A stretch of DNA of 64,000 bases. It comes from Micavibrio sp. UBA1850. GTDB taxonomy: Bacteria > Pseudomonadota > Alphaproteobacteria > Micavibrionales > Micavibrionaceae. This document shows, piece after piece, positions 37,316 through 47,539 of this stretch; positions within the stretch are counted from its first letter, which is position 1; each line of letters begins with the position of its first letter. The notes under the pieces were generated by a model. It saw nothing but the letters and a program-made list of their open reading frames with translations. It had not been told where the DNA came from and ran no database searches. The position numbers and the translations under genes are program-made. Location: assembly GCA_002338525.1 (NCBI GenBank), contig DDIM01000006.1:15315-79314 (forward strand), in the 5' to 3' direction.

Positions 37316-37341
37316 TCCCATGTAATCCCATGATATCCCAT
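37316..37341 (+). promoter_or_regulatory. Three direct TCCCAT repeats with exact 10-bp phasing upstream of mraZ (candidate MraZ operator)
   Basis: TCCCAT at 37316-37321, 37326-37331 and 37336-37341 (complement ATGGGA). They lie 68-93 nt upstream of the mraZ start, and a TTGACT hexamer immediately precedes them (37310-37315). Confidence 0.55.
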
Positions 37342-37408
37342 ATATAGAAAAGGTGCGAAGTCTGCGCCTATTTTTTCTGGGTTAATGAGATAAATTCAAA
37401 GGTTTTAC

Positions 37409-37867
37409 GTGGCGTTATTTTTGGCAACCACACATAATAAAATCGATAAAAAGGGGCGTGTATCGTTACCTGCGCCCTTTCGTGTGCATTTGTCGCGCTC
37501 AGAAATTGTGCTTTTCCCCTCCCCCAAATTTGAATGCCTTGAAGGTGTTGATGTCTCGTTTATGGAGGAGGTAAGCGAGCGTCTTGATCAGTTTGATATG
37601 TTTTCAGAGGCGCAAGATGAAATGGCTATGGCGGTTTTTGGCGAGGCGGTATCTGTAAGTTTGGATGAAAATGGGCGTTTTGTGATGCCGACAAGCTTGG
37701 CACCGCATGCGGGGCTATCTGATCATGCTGTGTTTGTGGGCTTGGGGAAAAAATTCCAAATATGGAATGCGGATGCATTGTCTAAGCGTAAATCTGCTGC
37801 GCGCCAATCAGTCTCGGAGAAGGGGTTGACTATTCCATCTCAGAAAACAGGAGGTGCGCATGAGTGA
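37409..37867 (+). CDS. mraZ: Transcriptional regulator MraZ
   Basis: HNKIDKKGRVSLPAPFR and a second ...LDENGRFVMP repeat (duplicated SpoVT-AbrB-like halves). GTG start. Confidence 0.9.
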   Translation: MALFLATTHNKIDKKGRVSLPAPFRVHLSRSEIVLFPSPKFECLEGVDVSFMEEVSERLDQFDMFSEAQDEMAMAVFGEAVSVSLDENGRFVMPTSLAPHAGLSDHAVFVGLGKKFQIWNADALSKRKSAARQSVSEKGLTIPSQKTGGAHE

Positions 37868-38804
37868 TGCGCCACACATTCCCGTAATGTTGGAAGAAGT
37901 CTGCGAGCATATGAGTTTGCGTGATGGAGGTGTTTACGTTGATGGCACCTTTGGCGCGGGAGGGTACACGCGGGCAATGCTTGATCGTGCTGATTGTCGA
38001 GTCATTGCGTTTGATCGCGACGAAACGGCCATTGAGGCTGCGCAAGATTGGGTTGGAGAATACGGCGATCGCTTAACGCTTGTGCATGGTGCTTTTGGTG
38101 ATATTGCAGATCATCTCGCTCAAATCGGCGTTGCTCATGTCGATGGTGTGGTTATTGATATCGGTGTATCATCGATGCAAATTGATCAGGCTGATCGCGG
38201 ATTTTCATTTCGTTTTGATGGGCCGCTTGATATGCGGATGGATACCTCAACAGGTGAGACAGCAGCCGAGCTCATTAATTCCCGTAAAGAAGAAAATATT
38301 GCCAATATCATTTATCAGTATGGCGAGGAACGTTTGTCACGTCGTATTGCCAAGGCGATCATTAACAAGCGTCCAATTCATACAACTTCTGAGCTGGCTG
38401 ATTTGGTTCGCTCTTGTGTGCCGCGTTCTAAAAAGGATGGGATTGACCCTGCAACGCGCACATTCCAAGCGTTAAGAATTGCTGTCAATGATGAGTTGGG
38501 CGAGCTTGAGCGTCTTTTAAAGGCGACGCCTGATTTGCTGGCAGATGGGGGTGCGTTGGTAGTTGTGTCTTTCCATTCGTTAGAGGACAAAATTGTTAAA
38601 AACTTTATGCGTGGAAAAGTAAAGTCTGTTTCTAGACATGAACCCATCATGCCGCATAATGAAAGAAGCGATAACGCTCCCCCCTTATCAATAGTTTCGA
38701 GAAAAGCTATTTTGCCAACAGAAGAAGAAAAAAAGATTAACCCGCGTGCGCGGTCTGCACGCCTTCGCGCTGCCGTCAAATTGATGTCTGAGGGTGATGA
38801 TTAA
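37860..38804 (+). CDS. rsmH: 16S rRNA (cytosine1402-N4)-methyltransferase RsmH
   Basis: HIPVMLEEV...YVDGTFGAGGYT...DIGVSSMQID...ERGFSF-type motifs. AGGAGG lies 5 nt upstream of ATG 37860. Confidence 0.95.
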   Translation: MSDAPHIPVMLEEVCEHMSLRDGGVYVDGTFGAGGYTRAMLDRADCRVIAFDRDETAIEAAQDWVGEYGDRLTLVHGAFGDIADHLAQIGVAHVDGVVIDIGVSSMQIDQADRGFSFRFDGPLDMRMDTSTGETAAELINSRKEENIANIIYQYGEERLSRRIAKAIINKRPIHTTSELADLVRSCVPRSKKDGIDPATRTFQALRIAVNDELGELERLLKATPDLLADGGALVVVSFHSLEDKIVKNFMRGKVKSVSRHEPIMPHNERSDNAPPLSIVSRKAILPTEEEKKINPRARSARLRAAVKLMSEGDD

Positions 38805-39318
38805 TATGAATACGAATAAAATCGTTTTTAGCTTAATTATTATATCTGCTCTTGTTATGGGCGGTCTTCTTTTTATCGTGTCAGAAAAGTCACGCGCCAT
38901 TGAGTCTGATATCAGAACTGTTGATAATTATGTGGATAACGAGCGTGAGGCGCTGCGCGTTTTAAATGCTGAGTGGCACTATCTTAATCGTCCAGATCGC
39001 TTAGAAAAGGTTCTTGTGGATCGTCAGAACGGGTTTCGTGCAGCAAAAGTACAGCGCATTGAAAAGCCAAGCGTTGCAGCAGAGGCTATACGTCTGCGTC
39101 AAGAAATGCAGGCATTGCCACGTCCGTCTCTTAAGCCTGTCTATGTTAATAAGTTTTCTAATCCGGTCTCTGCGCAGGGCACGCCAAGCGTGGAAAGCAC
39201 AAAAAAGTTTCCAAATCAGGCGTTGAAGGCAAGTGTTTTGAAGAAAAAAGCACAAGATGCCAAGACGCAAAACTTCCAAAGTCTACTTGATGGGTTGGAG
39301 GCGCGCGATGGTCAGTAG
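38797..39318 (+). CDS. ftsL: Cell division protein FtsL (alphaproteobacterial type)
   Basis: One N-terminal TM helix, then ...LRVLNAEWHYLNRPDRLEKV typical of alpha FtsL, and its position between rsmH and ftsI. An alternative ATG is at 38806. Confidence 0.75.
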   Translation: MINMNTNKIVFSLIIISALVMGGLLFIVSEKSRAIESDIRTVDNYVDNEREALRVLNAEWHYLNRPDRLEKVLVDRQNGFRAAKVQRIEKPSVAAEAIRLRQEMQALPRPSLKPVYVNKFSNPVSAQGTPSVESTKKFPNQALKASVLKKKAQDAKTQNFQSLLDGLEARDGQ

Positions 39319-41065
39319 GAGTGCGTTTAACCGGTTATCGGTCACAATCAAAGGCGGGCAAGGTGGCGCGTTAGAGGTTGCATGGTCTCGCGTTAATGTT
39401 ATTCGTGTGGCGTTCCTCGTTTTATATTGCGTTGTAGGGCTTCGTTTATTTGATTTAATGGTTTTGCAAGAGTTCAAGATTGGTGAAAATCCGTTTTCAC
39501 ATACTCCGGCACCTGAGCTTTCGCATGCGGAAGATAAAATTGAGGTGCGTCGTGCCGACATTGTTGACAGAAATGGGGTCTTGCTGGCGACCTCTTTGAA
39601 AACCGCTTCTTTGTATGCTGACCCAAAACATATTATGAGCCCGGAGATTGCGGCCAAGGCGTTGGTCGAGATATTTCCCGATTTGACTTATGGCACAACA
39701 TTGAAGAAATTGCGACGGTCTGGACGTTTTGTTTGGATAAAGCGTGGAATTGTCCCTGAAGACCAAATGAAGGTTATGAAAATTGGTGAGCCGGGCTTTG
39801 GTTTTCGTGATGAATATAAGCGCTTTTACCCCCAAGGGAGCATGGCCGCCCATCTTGTCGGTTATGGCAACACAGATGGTACTGGTTTGATGGGCATTGA
39901 ACGTGCGCTGCAAGGCACACTGGTTGCGCATGATGAGGATCATAATGTTGTTAAAACCACGCTGGATGTGCGCTTTCAACATGCGCTTCGATCTGAAATA
40001 ATGTTGGCCAAAGACAAGTTCGAGGCGCGCGGTGCGTCAGGCATTATTATGAATGCAAAAAGCGGCGATGTGCTTGCGATGGTCTCGCTTCCTGATTTTG
40101 ACCCGCACGCCCCCATGGCGGCACCAAAAAAGACGCAATTCAACAGCGCAACTCTTGGTGTATATGAGTTAGGGTCTGTGTTTAAGATTTTTTCAACGGC
40201 GGCACTGCTTGAAAGCAACAAGGATGCGCTAAGCATGACATTTGATGCGCGTGAACCATTAAAGCGTTACGGGCATACAATTAACGATTTTCACGCTGAA
40301 AAGCGCATTATGAGTGTGCCAGAAGTCTTTATGGTATCCTCCAACATCGGAACGGCGCTGATGGGCGAGATGGTTGGCACAGAGGCTATGAAGGCGTTTT
40401 ATAAAAAGCTAGGTCTGATGGATAAACCAGATGTTGTTTTTTCAGAAGTTGGCTCGCCGTTATATCCGCGTCCTTGGCGTGAAATCAATACATTGACGGC
40501 CTCATATGGCCACGGAATTGCGGTAAGCCCTCTACAATTGGCAACAGCTGTATCTATGATTGTAAATGGAGGATATAAGATCACGCCTCGCTTTGTGTTA
40601 CCCGATACCCCATCACAGGGGGGCGGTGCGGATGATGACGCCTCGTCTCATATTCAAACAAGAATTGTGTCTGAGGACACATCAAAAATCATGCGGTCTT
40701 TAATGCGTTTGGTTGTAACAGATGGGACAGCAAGTAAAGCCGCCGTTGAAGGGTTTGATGTTGGTGGCAAAACGGGAACGGCTGAAAAACCGGGTAAAAA
40801 AGGCTATGATCGAAAGCGTTTATTATCTTCTTTTGTCGGTGCGTTCCCAATTGATGATCCAGAATATGTTGTGTTTGTGGCTCTTGATGAACCAAAAGGG
40901 CTCAAGGAAACATATGGATATGCCACAGCAGGGTGGACGGCCGCTCCTGTGTTTTCAAATGTTATAAAACGCATGGTTTCAATAGAGGCTAAAAGCACTG
41001 GATTTGCTGACATTAAAAAACAAATACAGCCTGTGTCGAATGCATCATATAAGGGGGGTAATTGA
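39308..41065 (+). CDS. ftsI: Peptidoglycan D,D-transpeptidase FtsI (PBP3)
   Basis: R..I.DRNG dimerisation-domain motif and GSVFKIF (SxxK), SSN and KTGTAEK transpeptidase motifs. The start is placed at ATG 39308 and could be 39257. Confidence 0.92.
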   Translation: MVSRSAFNRLSVTIKGGQGGALEVAWSRVNVIRVAFLVLYCVVGLRLFDLMVLQEFKIGENPFSHTPAPELSHAEDKIEVRRADIVDRNGVLLATSLKTASLYADPKHIMSPEIAAKALVEIFPDLTYGTTLKKLRRSGRFVWIKRGIVPEDQMKVMKIGEPGFGFRDEYKRFYPQGSMAAHLVGYGNTDGTGLMGIERALQGTLVAHDEDHNVVKTTLDVRFQHALRSEIMLAKDKFEARGASGIIMNAKSGDVLAMVSLPDFDPHAPMAAPKKTQFNSATLGVYELGSVFKIFSTAALLESNKDALSMTFDAREPLKRYGHTINDFHAEKRIMSVPEVFMVSSNIGTALMGEMVGTEAMKAFYKKLGLMDKPDVVFSEVGSPLYPRPWREINTLTASYGHGIAVSPLQLATAVSMIVNGGYKITPRFVLPDTPSQGGGADDDASSHIQTRIVSEDTSKIMRSLMRLVVTDGTASKAAVEGFDVGGKTGTAEKPGKKGYDRKRLLSSFVGAFPIDDPEYVVFVALDEPKGLKETYGYATAGWTAAPVFSNVIKRMVSIEAKSTGFADIKKQIQPVSNASYKGGN

Positions 41066-42576
41066 TGAAGTTATCAGACCTTTTCCCAGATCATGATGTG
41101 CCCAGCTGCGCTATAAATGGTGCCAGTATGAATAGTCGTGAAATCACGAACGGATCATTGTTTTTTGCAGTCCCCGGCCATACACAAGATGGAACAAAAT
41201 TTATTCCCGACGCGATTGAACGAGGCGCGGTGGCCATCGTCGCAAACAAAAACAAACGTGATGATGTGCTTAAGATTATGGCAGATATCCCTGCTAACTG
41301 CCCCGTTGTCTATGTTGAGGATACGCGGGCCGCATTAGCATCAGTCGCAGCAAGGCTCTACCCTTGCCAGCCTCAAAATATCGCAGCCGTCACGGGCACA
41401 AGCGGAAAAAGCTCAACCGTTTGGTTTGTGCGACAAATTTTGGAAAGCCTCGGCGAGAAAGCGGCAAGTTTGGGCACGATTGGGCTTCATGCGGGTGATG
41501 TGTTTGAAAAAAGTGCGCTGACCACAGCAGACCCTATAACACTTCACAAAACGTTAGAAACGCTTGCAAAAAAGAATATTAATTATGTTGCAATGGAAGC
41601 CTCCAGCATTGGCATCGAACAGATGCGTATGGACGGTGTGTGCTTAAAAGTGGCTGCTTTTACTAACCTATCACACGAACATCTGGACTACCACGCGACG
41701 ATGGACGACTATTTTAAGGCAAAGCAGGATTTGTTTACTCGTTGCCTTAAATCTCAAGGTTTTGCTGTGCTCAATACTGATATTTCTGAGTATAAACGCT
41801 TACATGATGTGTGCACGCATCATGGGCACACCATCGTGCCATATGGCACGCATGCAGAAGGGAAGCATGCGATTAGGCTTGTAAACCGAAGTGTCACGCC
41901 AAGAGGGCAAAATCTTGTCGTGTCGCTAAACGGCCAAATGCTTGAATGTCACTTACCCCTCATCGGTACGTTTCAGGCTCAAAACGTGCTATGTGCATTG
42001 GCTATGGTCTATAGCCTTTGCGACTTAGGCGATAATAAAACGTTAGATATTAAAGCGCTTGAACATGCGCTATCGACCCTGCGTACGGTGCCGGGTCGAC
42101 TTGAAAGAATTGACGGGCATCCTGAAGAGGCCTCTGTTTATGTGGATTACGCACATAAGCCGGGCGCGTTGAAGGCTGTTCTCGATGCTGTTCGCCCTCA
42201 CACAAAAGGCAAGCTCTGGGTTGTCTTTGGCTGTGGCGGCGATAGAGATCGTGCAAAACGCCAACAAATGGCGCACATTGCCTACGATCTTGCGGACGAA
42301 ATTGTCATCACTGATGACAATCCTCGCTCCGAAACCCCTGCTGATATTCGCGCCGAGATTACGGCAGGGGTTCCCTCCTTTAAAAATATCGGCGATCGTC
42401 GCAAGGCTATAGACTTTACGATGAAATCTCTCCAATTGGGTGACTCTCTCATCATTGCCGGCAAAGGCCATGAATCCGGGCAGACAATTCACACCCAAAC
42501 CCTCCCCTTCGATGATCGTGATGAAGCACGAAAATCAATCAAAACACTTATCTCTGACGACGAGGACAAAAAATGA
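41065..42576 (+). CDS. murE: UDP-N-acetylmuramoyl-L-alanyl-D-glutamate--2,6-diaminopimelate ligase
   Basis: VTGTSGKSST, VAMEASS and DDNPRSE with the DNPR motif indicating a meso-DAP-adding enzyme. Confidence 0.93.
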   Translation: MKLSDLFPDHDVPSCAINGASMNSREITNGSLFFAVPGHTQDGTKFIPDAIERGAVAIVANKNKRDDVLKIMADIPANCPVVYVEDTRAALASVAARLYPCQPQNIAAVTGTSGKSSTVWFVRQILESLGEKAASLGTIGLHAGDVFEKSALTTADPITLHKTLETLAKKNINYVAMEASSIGIEQMRMDGVCLKVAAFTNLSHEHLDYHATMDDYFKAKQDLFTRCLKSQGFAVLNTDISEYKRLHDVCTHHGHTIVPYGTHAEGKHAIRLVNRSVTPRGQNLVVSLNGQMLECHLPLIGTFQAQNVLCALAMVYSLCDLGDNKTLDIKALEHALSTLRTVPGRLERIDGHPEEASVYVDYAHKPGALKAVLDAVRPHTKGKLWVVFGCGGDRDRAKRQQMAHIAYDLADEIVITDDNPRSETPADIRAEITAGVPSFKNIGDRRKAIDFTMKSLQLGDSLIIAGKGHESGQTIHTQTLPFDDRDEARKSIKTLISDDEDKK

Positions 42577-44045
42577 CACAAAAGCAACACGCATCATCGG
42601 ATGTGATTTGGACAGCAAGCGATGCCGCAAATATTACAAGCGGTAAATTGATTGGTGATTCAGCCGCGACACAATGGAGCGCAACAGGAATTGCGATCGA
42701 TAGTCGTGAGGTCGTGGCAGGAGATATCTTCTTTGCATTGCAAACAGGGGCCACTGATGGTCATGACTATGTCGCGGATGCGTTTAAAAACGGCGCGGTA
42801 TGTGCTGTTGTAAGCAAGCATAATGATGAGATCGGTTCACATGGTTCTATTTTGTTGGTGGATGACACGCTTCGTGCGCTTCAGGATTTGGGCCAAGGTG
42901 CGCGCTATAGATGCGCCGCTAAAGTCATTGGTGTGACGGGCAGTGTCGGTAAAACAGGCACAAAAGAGCTTTTGGCAGCGGGTTTAGGTGTTCAGGGACA
43001 AACACACGCAGCTATTCGAAGCTTTAATAATTATATCGGTGTGCCTTTGACATTGGCTTCAATGCATGCAGGAACAGATTATGGCGTATTTGAAATAGGT
43101 ATGAACCACGCAGGCGAAATTACGCCTCTTGCAAAACAGGTCAAACCAGACATTGCCATTATCACAACGGTAGCCCCTGTTCATTCCGAGCATTTTGAAG
43201 ACGGCGTAACAGGTATTGCCAAGGCAAAGTCTGAAATATTTAGCGGCATGAACCAAGGGGGGCATGCGGTTGTAAATGCTGATATCGATACATTTGCTAT
43301 TGTAAAGGCGCAAGCCCAGCTTGATGGCGTTTCATTGATAACTTTCGGTCGTGCAGATAACGCAGATTCTCGTCTCATTGATTGCCTTATTGCGGCCAAC
43401 GGATCGCGTGTGCGCGCAAATATTTTAGGCGAAGAAATCACATATAGCCTACAATGGAGCGGCGAGCACATCGCGATGAACTCGATTGCGGTTCTAACGG
43501 CCATTAAACTTGCCGGTGCAGATATTCATAAAGCGGCCAAAGCTTTGGGTCAGTTGCAACCCCCAGAGGGGCGCGGGCATCGCGAAGAAATCGATAGTGG
43601 TGAGAAAGACAATCCCATTACATTAATTGATGAAAGCTATAACGCATCACCAACGTCTATGAAGGCGGCCTTTAAAGTGCTAGCCTTGGTTGATCCGGGT
43701 CGTGGCGGACGCCGCATTGCGGTGCTTGGCGACATGTTGGAGTTGGGTAAAGATTCTGCAAAAAAACATGCGGATCTGGCGCTACCGTTGAGAGCCAATG
43801 ATATTGACTTGGTTTACACATGCGGCTCATTAATGAAAAACCTTCACGAAAATCTGCCCAATGATAATAGAGGCGCGCATTGTGACACCAGTGACGAATT
43901 GTCTGAAATTGTGACAGATGTACTTGTCCCCGGCGATGTTGTCATGGTAAAGGGATCATTGGGCAGCAAAATGAAAGTTGTTGTCGAAGCAATGCGTGCA
44001 TTGCCTAAGAAGAAACAAGCCAAGAAAGAAAAGCATGTTATATAA
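42573..44045 (+). CDS. murF: UDP-N-acetylmuramoyl-tripeptide--D-alanyl-D-alanine ligase
   Basis: [23 protein letters not shown] and IDESYNASP. Confidence 0.93.
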   Translation: MTQKQHASSDVIWTASDAANITSGKLIGDSAATQWSATGIAIDSREVVAGDIFFALQTGATDGHDYVADAFKNGAVCAVVSKHNDEIGSHGSILLVDDTLRALQDLGQGARYRCAAKVIGVTGSVGKTGTKELLAAGLGVQGQTHAAIRSFNNYIGVPLTLASMHAGTDYGVFEIGMNHAGEITPLAKQVKPDIAIITTVAPVHSEHFEDGVTGIAKAKSEIFSGMNQGGHAVVNADIDTFAIVKAQAQLDGVSLITFGRADNADSRLIDCLIAANGSRVRANILGEEITYSLQWSGEHIAMNSIAVLTAIKLAGADIHKAAKALGQLQPPEGRGHREEIDSGEKDNPITLIDESYNASPTSMKAAFKVLALVDPGRGGRRIAVLGDMLELGKDSAKKHADLALPLRANDIDLVYTCGSLMKNLHENLPNDNRGAHCDTSDELSEIVTDVLVPGDVVMVKGSLGSKMKVVVEAMRALPKKKQAKKEKHVI

Positions 44046-45120
44046 CCTCCTTGTTCCGTTATCGGATGAATATCAAATATTCAACCTGTTTCGTTATTTA
44101 ACGTTCAGAACAGGGGGCGGCATTATGACCGCGCTTGTTTTATCTTTCATTATAGGCCCTAAAATTATTCGGTGGCTAAAATCAAAACAAAAAGAAGGCC
44201 AGCCCATTCGCCAAAGCGGACCTGAAACGCATTTCAAAAAAGCCGGTACACCGACAATGGGCGGGCTGATGATTTTAATATCGGTCACTGTGTCGACGTT
44301 GTTATGGGCTGATTTATCTAATCAGTTCGTATGGTATGCTCTTGCTGTGATGGTTGGTTTTGGTCTCGTGGGCTTTGCTGATGATTATGCCAAGCTAACT
44401 AAAAAGTCATCTGACGGCGTGAGCGCGCGGACACGATTGATTGTTCAAATCCTGATCGTAGCAGGGGTGACGATAGGCATTAATCAGGTTTTGCCAGCAG
44501 ATATCAATACACATGTGGCCATTCCATTTTTTAAGGATCTCTACATTAATTTGGGGTGGGGCTTTGGGCTTTGGGCGCTGCTTGTTGTGATTGGGTCAGC
44601 CAATGCGGTTAATCTGACAGATGGGCTTGATGGTTTGGCTATTGTTCCTATCGCGATTGCATGCGCTAGTTTTGGTGTTATTACATACTTAGTCGGAAAT
44701 GCTGTATTTTCTGATTATTTACAGATTTCATATGTTGAGGGCACGGGTGAGCTTTCCGTTATATGTGGTGCCGTGGTGGGCGCAGCTCTAGGGTTTTTAT
44801 GGTACAACGCGCCCCCTGCACAAGTGTTTATGGGGGACACAGGATCGCTTGCAATGGGCGGACTTTTAGGAACGATTGCCCTTATTACCAAGCATGAACT
44901 TGTTTTGGCAATTATTGGAGGTTTGTTTGTCCTTGAAGCCCTTTCTGTTATCATTCAGGTGGCCTCGTTTAAATTAACGGGCAAGCGCGTGTTTCGAATG
45001 GCGCCCATTCATCACCATTTTGAAAAAAAGGGCTGGTCAGAGCCTACCGTCGTCATACGTTTTTGGATCATTGCGTGCGTGCTTGCATTAATTGGTCTTG
45101 CCACATTGAAATTAAGATAA
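44035..45120 (+). CDS. mraY: Phospho-N-acetylmuramoyl-pentapeptide transferase
   Basis: MLYNLL...[30 protein letters not shown] and [12 protein letters not shown]-type motifs. The ATG at 44035 overlaps the murF end. Confidence 0.96.
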   Translation: MLYNLLVPLSDEYQIFNLFRYLTFRTGGGIMTALVLSFIIGPKIIRWLKSKQKEGQPIRQSGPETHFKKAGTPTMGGLMILISVTVSTLLWADLSNQFVWYALAVMVGFGLVGFADDYAKLTKKSSDGVSARTRLIVQILIVAGVTIGINQVLPADINTHVAIPFFKDLYINLGWGFGLWALLVVIGSANAVNLTDGLDGLAIVPIAIACASFGVITYLVGNAVFSDYLQISYVEGTGELSVICGAVVGAALGFLWYNAPPAQVFMGDTGSLAMGGLLGTIALITKHELVLAIIGGLFVLEALSVIIQVASFKLTGKRVFRMAPIHHHFEKKGWSEPTVVIRFWIIACVLALIGLATLKLR

Positions 45121-45138
45121 GGGCATTTGATACCCCCA

Positions 45139-46278
45139 ATGAAGTTATTTGACCGATCAAGCAAGAACGTTGTTGCATCATGGTTTTGGACCGTTGATCG
45201 CACAATGTTGCTTTTGATCGCGGCCCTCATTGGGTATGGCATTGTATTGGTTGCCGCCGCAAGCCCAGCCGTTGCGTCTCGCATTGGTTTGTCAGAACAG
45301 CATTTCTTTTTAAAACATATTATCTTCTTAATCTTGTCTGTTTCGGGAATGATTTTTATCTCGTTCTTGTCACCTCGTGGGCTTTGGCGTGTTGCAATTC
45401 TTGTCATGGGTGCGGGCCTTGTTGCCATGATCCTTATACCGTTCATTGGTATGGAGATCAAAGGGGCGCAGCGTTGGATACATTTACCATTTATTTCGCT
45501 GCAACCCAGTGAATTGGTCAAACCGGCGCTTGCTATTATTGCGGCGCGTTTGATGGCTATGCAAAAGGAAAAAGAGGGGTTCCCCGGTGAAATATATGCC
45601 GCACTTCTTTATGCCTTTATTGTTATGTTGCTTATGGCGCAGCCTGATTTTGGAATGACATTTGTTGTCACCTGTATTGTGATGTCACAGATTTTCATGG
45701 CAGGTTTCCGTTTTAAATATCTCATTTACGTGGCCGTTGGAGGGGTTGTTGCATTGGTCTTGGTCTATAGCAGTTTTGATCACGTTCAAAGCCGCGTTGA
45801 CCGTTTCTTTGACCCCGCAAGCGGAAACACTTACCAAGTTGACAAATCCCTAGAATCATTCCGTCATGGAGGTGTGTTGGGAACGGGCCCTGGCCAAGGT
45901 ACCGTTAAATTGAACCTGCCGGATGCGCATGCTGATTTTATCTTTGCTGTGTCTGGTGAAGAATTGGGGCTGGTATTTACGCTTCCTCTTGTTGGATTAT
46001 ACTTGTTTTTATTGCTTCATGGTTTTCGGAAAATGGAAGAATCGGAAGATTTATTTGCGATTTTGGCGGTAGGCGGCTTGCTAACTATGGTCGGCGTACA
46101 GGCCTTTATCCACATGGGCTCTGCGCTGCACATCTTGCCAGCCAAGGGTATGACTCTCCCCTTTATTAGCTACGGGGGGACATCGCTTTTATCTGTTGGA
46201 TTTGCAATGGGGGCTGTGTTATCTCTTACAAGACATAAAACACGCACAGGTATCGTAAGCAAACGTGCCTCTCGCTAA
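45139..46278 (+). CDS. ftsW: Peptidoglycan glycosyltransferase FtsW (SEDS family)
   Basis: QPSELVKP, PDFG and LPAKGMTLPFISYGGTSLL motifs. It starts 19 nt after the mraY stop (a TTG alternative is at 45127). Confidence 0.9.
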   Translation: MKLFDRSSKNVVASWFWTVDRTMLLLIAALIGYGIVLVAAASPAVASRIGLSEQHFFLKHIIFLILSVSGMIFISFLSPRGLWRVAILVMGAGLVAMILIPFIGMEIKGAQRWIHLPFISLQPSELVKPALAIIAARLMAMQKEKEGFPGEIYAALLYAFIVMLLMAQPDFGMTFVVTCIVMSQIFMAGFRFKYLIYVAVGGVVALVLVYSSFDHVQSRVDRFFDPASGNTYQVDKSLESFRHGGVLGTGPGQGTVKLNLPDAHADFIFAVSGEELGLVFTLPLVGLYLFLLLHGFRKMEESEDLFAILAVGGLLTMVGVQAFIHMGSALHILPAKGMTLPFISYGGTSLLSVGFAMGAVLSLTRHKTRTGIVSKRASR

Positions 46279-46306
46279 TGTTATGAATTAAACAGGCGCT
46301 GATGAA

Positions 46307-47434
46307 ATGACAGACAACACACACATAGATCAAAAACAAATTAAAATACTTCTGTCCAGCGGTGGCACAGGGGGGCATGTTTACCCTGCAATCGCTTTGG
46401 CGCATGATTTAGTCTCGCGCGGATATCAGGTGCATTTTGCAACCGATAATCGTGGCGAAAAATACATTAAAGGTCATTTTGATTACACAATTTTACCTGC
46501 GGGCACATTAGGGGCTGGTGTTAAGGGCAAGGCTTTAGGGCTTATGAGTTTAGGGCGCGGATATATCAAGGCGCGTTCGTTAATTAATAAATACGCGCCC
46601 AATGCTGTTATTGGGTTTGGTGGCTACCCAAGTGTTCCGGCTGTGGCGGCGGCACAACATAAAAAAATTCCAACGATTTTACATGAACAAAATGCCGTGG
46701 TTGGTAAGGCAAACCTGTTTTTAGCGCCAAAAGCAGCCCGTATTGCGCTTTCATTGGAAGGTGGATTTGGCTTAGAGGCCGAAGACCGCGTTCGGAGTGT
46801 CGTGACAGGAAATCCTGTACGCCCGGAGATCGCAGCTCTTTACACAAAAGCTTATCCCACAATTCATGGCGATTCTAAAATCAACATTTTAATATTTGGG
46901 GGCTCATTAGGGGCCAGCGTATTAAGTCAAGTTGTACCAAAAACGATTGAGCGTTTAAGCGATAGCTACAAGGCGCGCCTTCATATTACGCAACAATGTA
47001 AAACCCAAGAAGAAGTAGATGAGACACAAAGCTTATATGATAAAAATAACGTAAGTGCAGAATGTACGACATTTTTACATGATATGCCTCAACATCTAGA
47101 TAAAGCACATTTTGTAATTTCACGTTCTGGCGCAAGCACAGTCGCAGAAGTAAGTGTTGCAGGGCGCCCTGCTATTTTCGTACCGTTGATGCTTCATGCC
47201 GACCAACAGCAATTGAAAAATGCTGAAAGCATCGCCAATAATGGTGGCGCATGGGTTATGCCAGAAACAGGCTTTACAATAGACGCACTGCAAACTCAAA
47301 TTGAGATGTTTTTGCAATCGCCAGAAACCTTATTCAAAGCAGCAGAAAAAGCGCGTGAATGCGCCCACCCTGACGCCTCTAGAAAGTTAGGAAATCTTGT
47401 CACCGCAGTGGCATTGGGGTGGTCGGATAACTAG
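46307..47434 (+). CDS. murG: UDP-N-acetylglucosamine--N-acetylmuramyl-(pentapeptide) pyrophosphoryl-undecaprenol GlcNAc transferase
   Basis: SSGGTGGHVYPA N-terminal G-loop, and HEQNAV and RSGASTVAE motifs. Confidence 0.95.
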   Translation: MTDNTHIDQKQIKILLSSGGTGGHVYPAIALAHDLVSRGYQVHFATDNRGEKYIKGHFDYTILPAGTLGAGVKGKALGLMSLGRGYIKARSLINKYAPNAVIGFGGYPSVPAVAAAQHKKIPTILHEQNAVVGKANLFLAPKAARIALSLEGGFGLEAEDRVRSVVTGNPVRPEIAALYTKAYPTIHGDSKINILIFGGSLGASVLSQVVPKTIERLSDSYKARLHITQQCKTQEEVDETQSLYDKNNVSAECTTFLHDMPQHLDKAHFVISRSGASTVAEVSVAGRPAIFVPLMLHADQQQLKNAESIANNGGAWVMPETGFTIDALQTQIEMFLQSPETLFKAAEKARECAHPDASRKLGNLVTAVALGWSDN

Positions 47435-47539
47435 GCACCAACATTCAGTGTCTACACGCTATTTTTCATAGACTTTTGAAGCTCTATATGGTTTGTTGAC
47501 CTACTTATTTAGACTTTTAAAAATACAAGCGAACAGCAT

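Noticed and set aside
45012-45521. 169-aa minus-strand ORF spanning the mraY/ftsW junction
   Set aside because: It is antisense to two conserved membrane-protein genes, has no recognisable motif, and would break the dcw operon logic.
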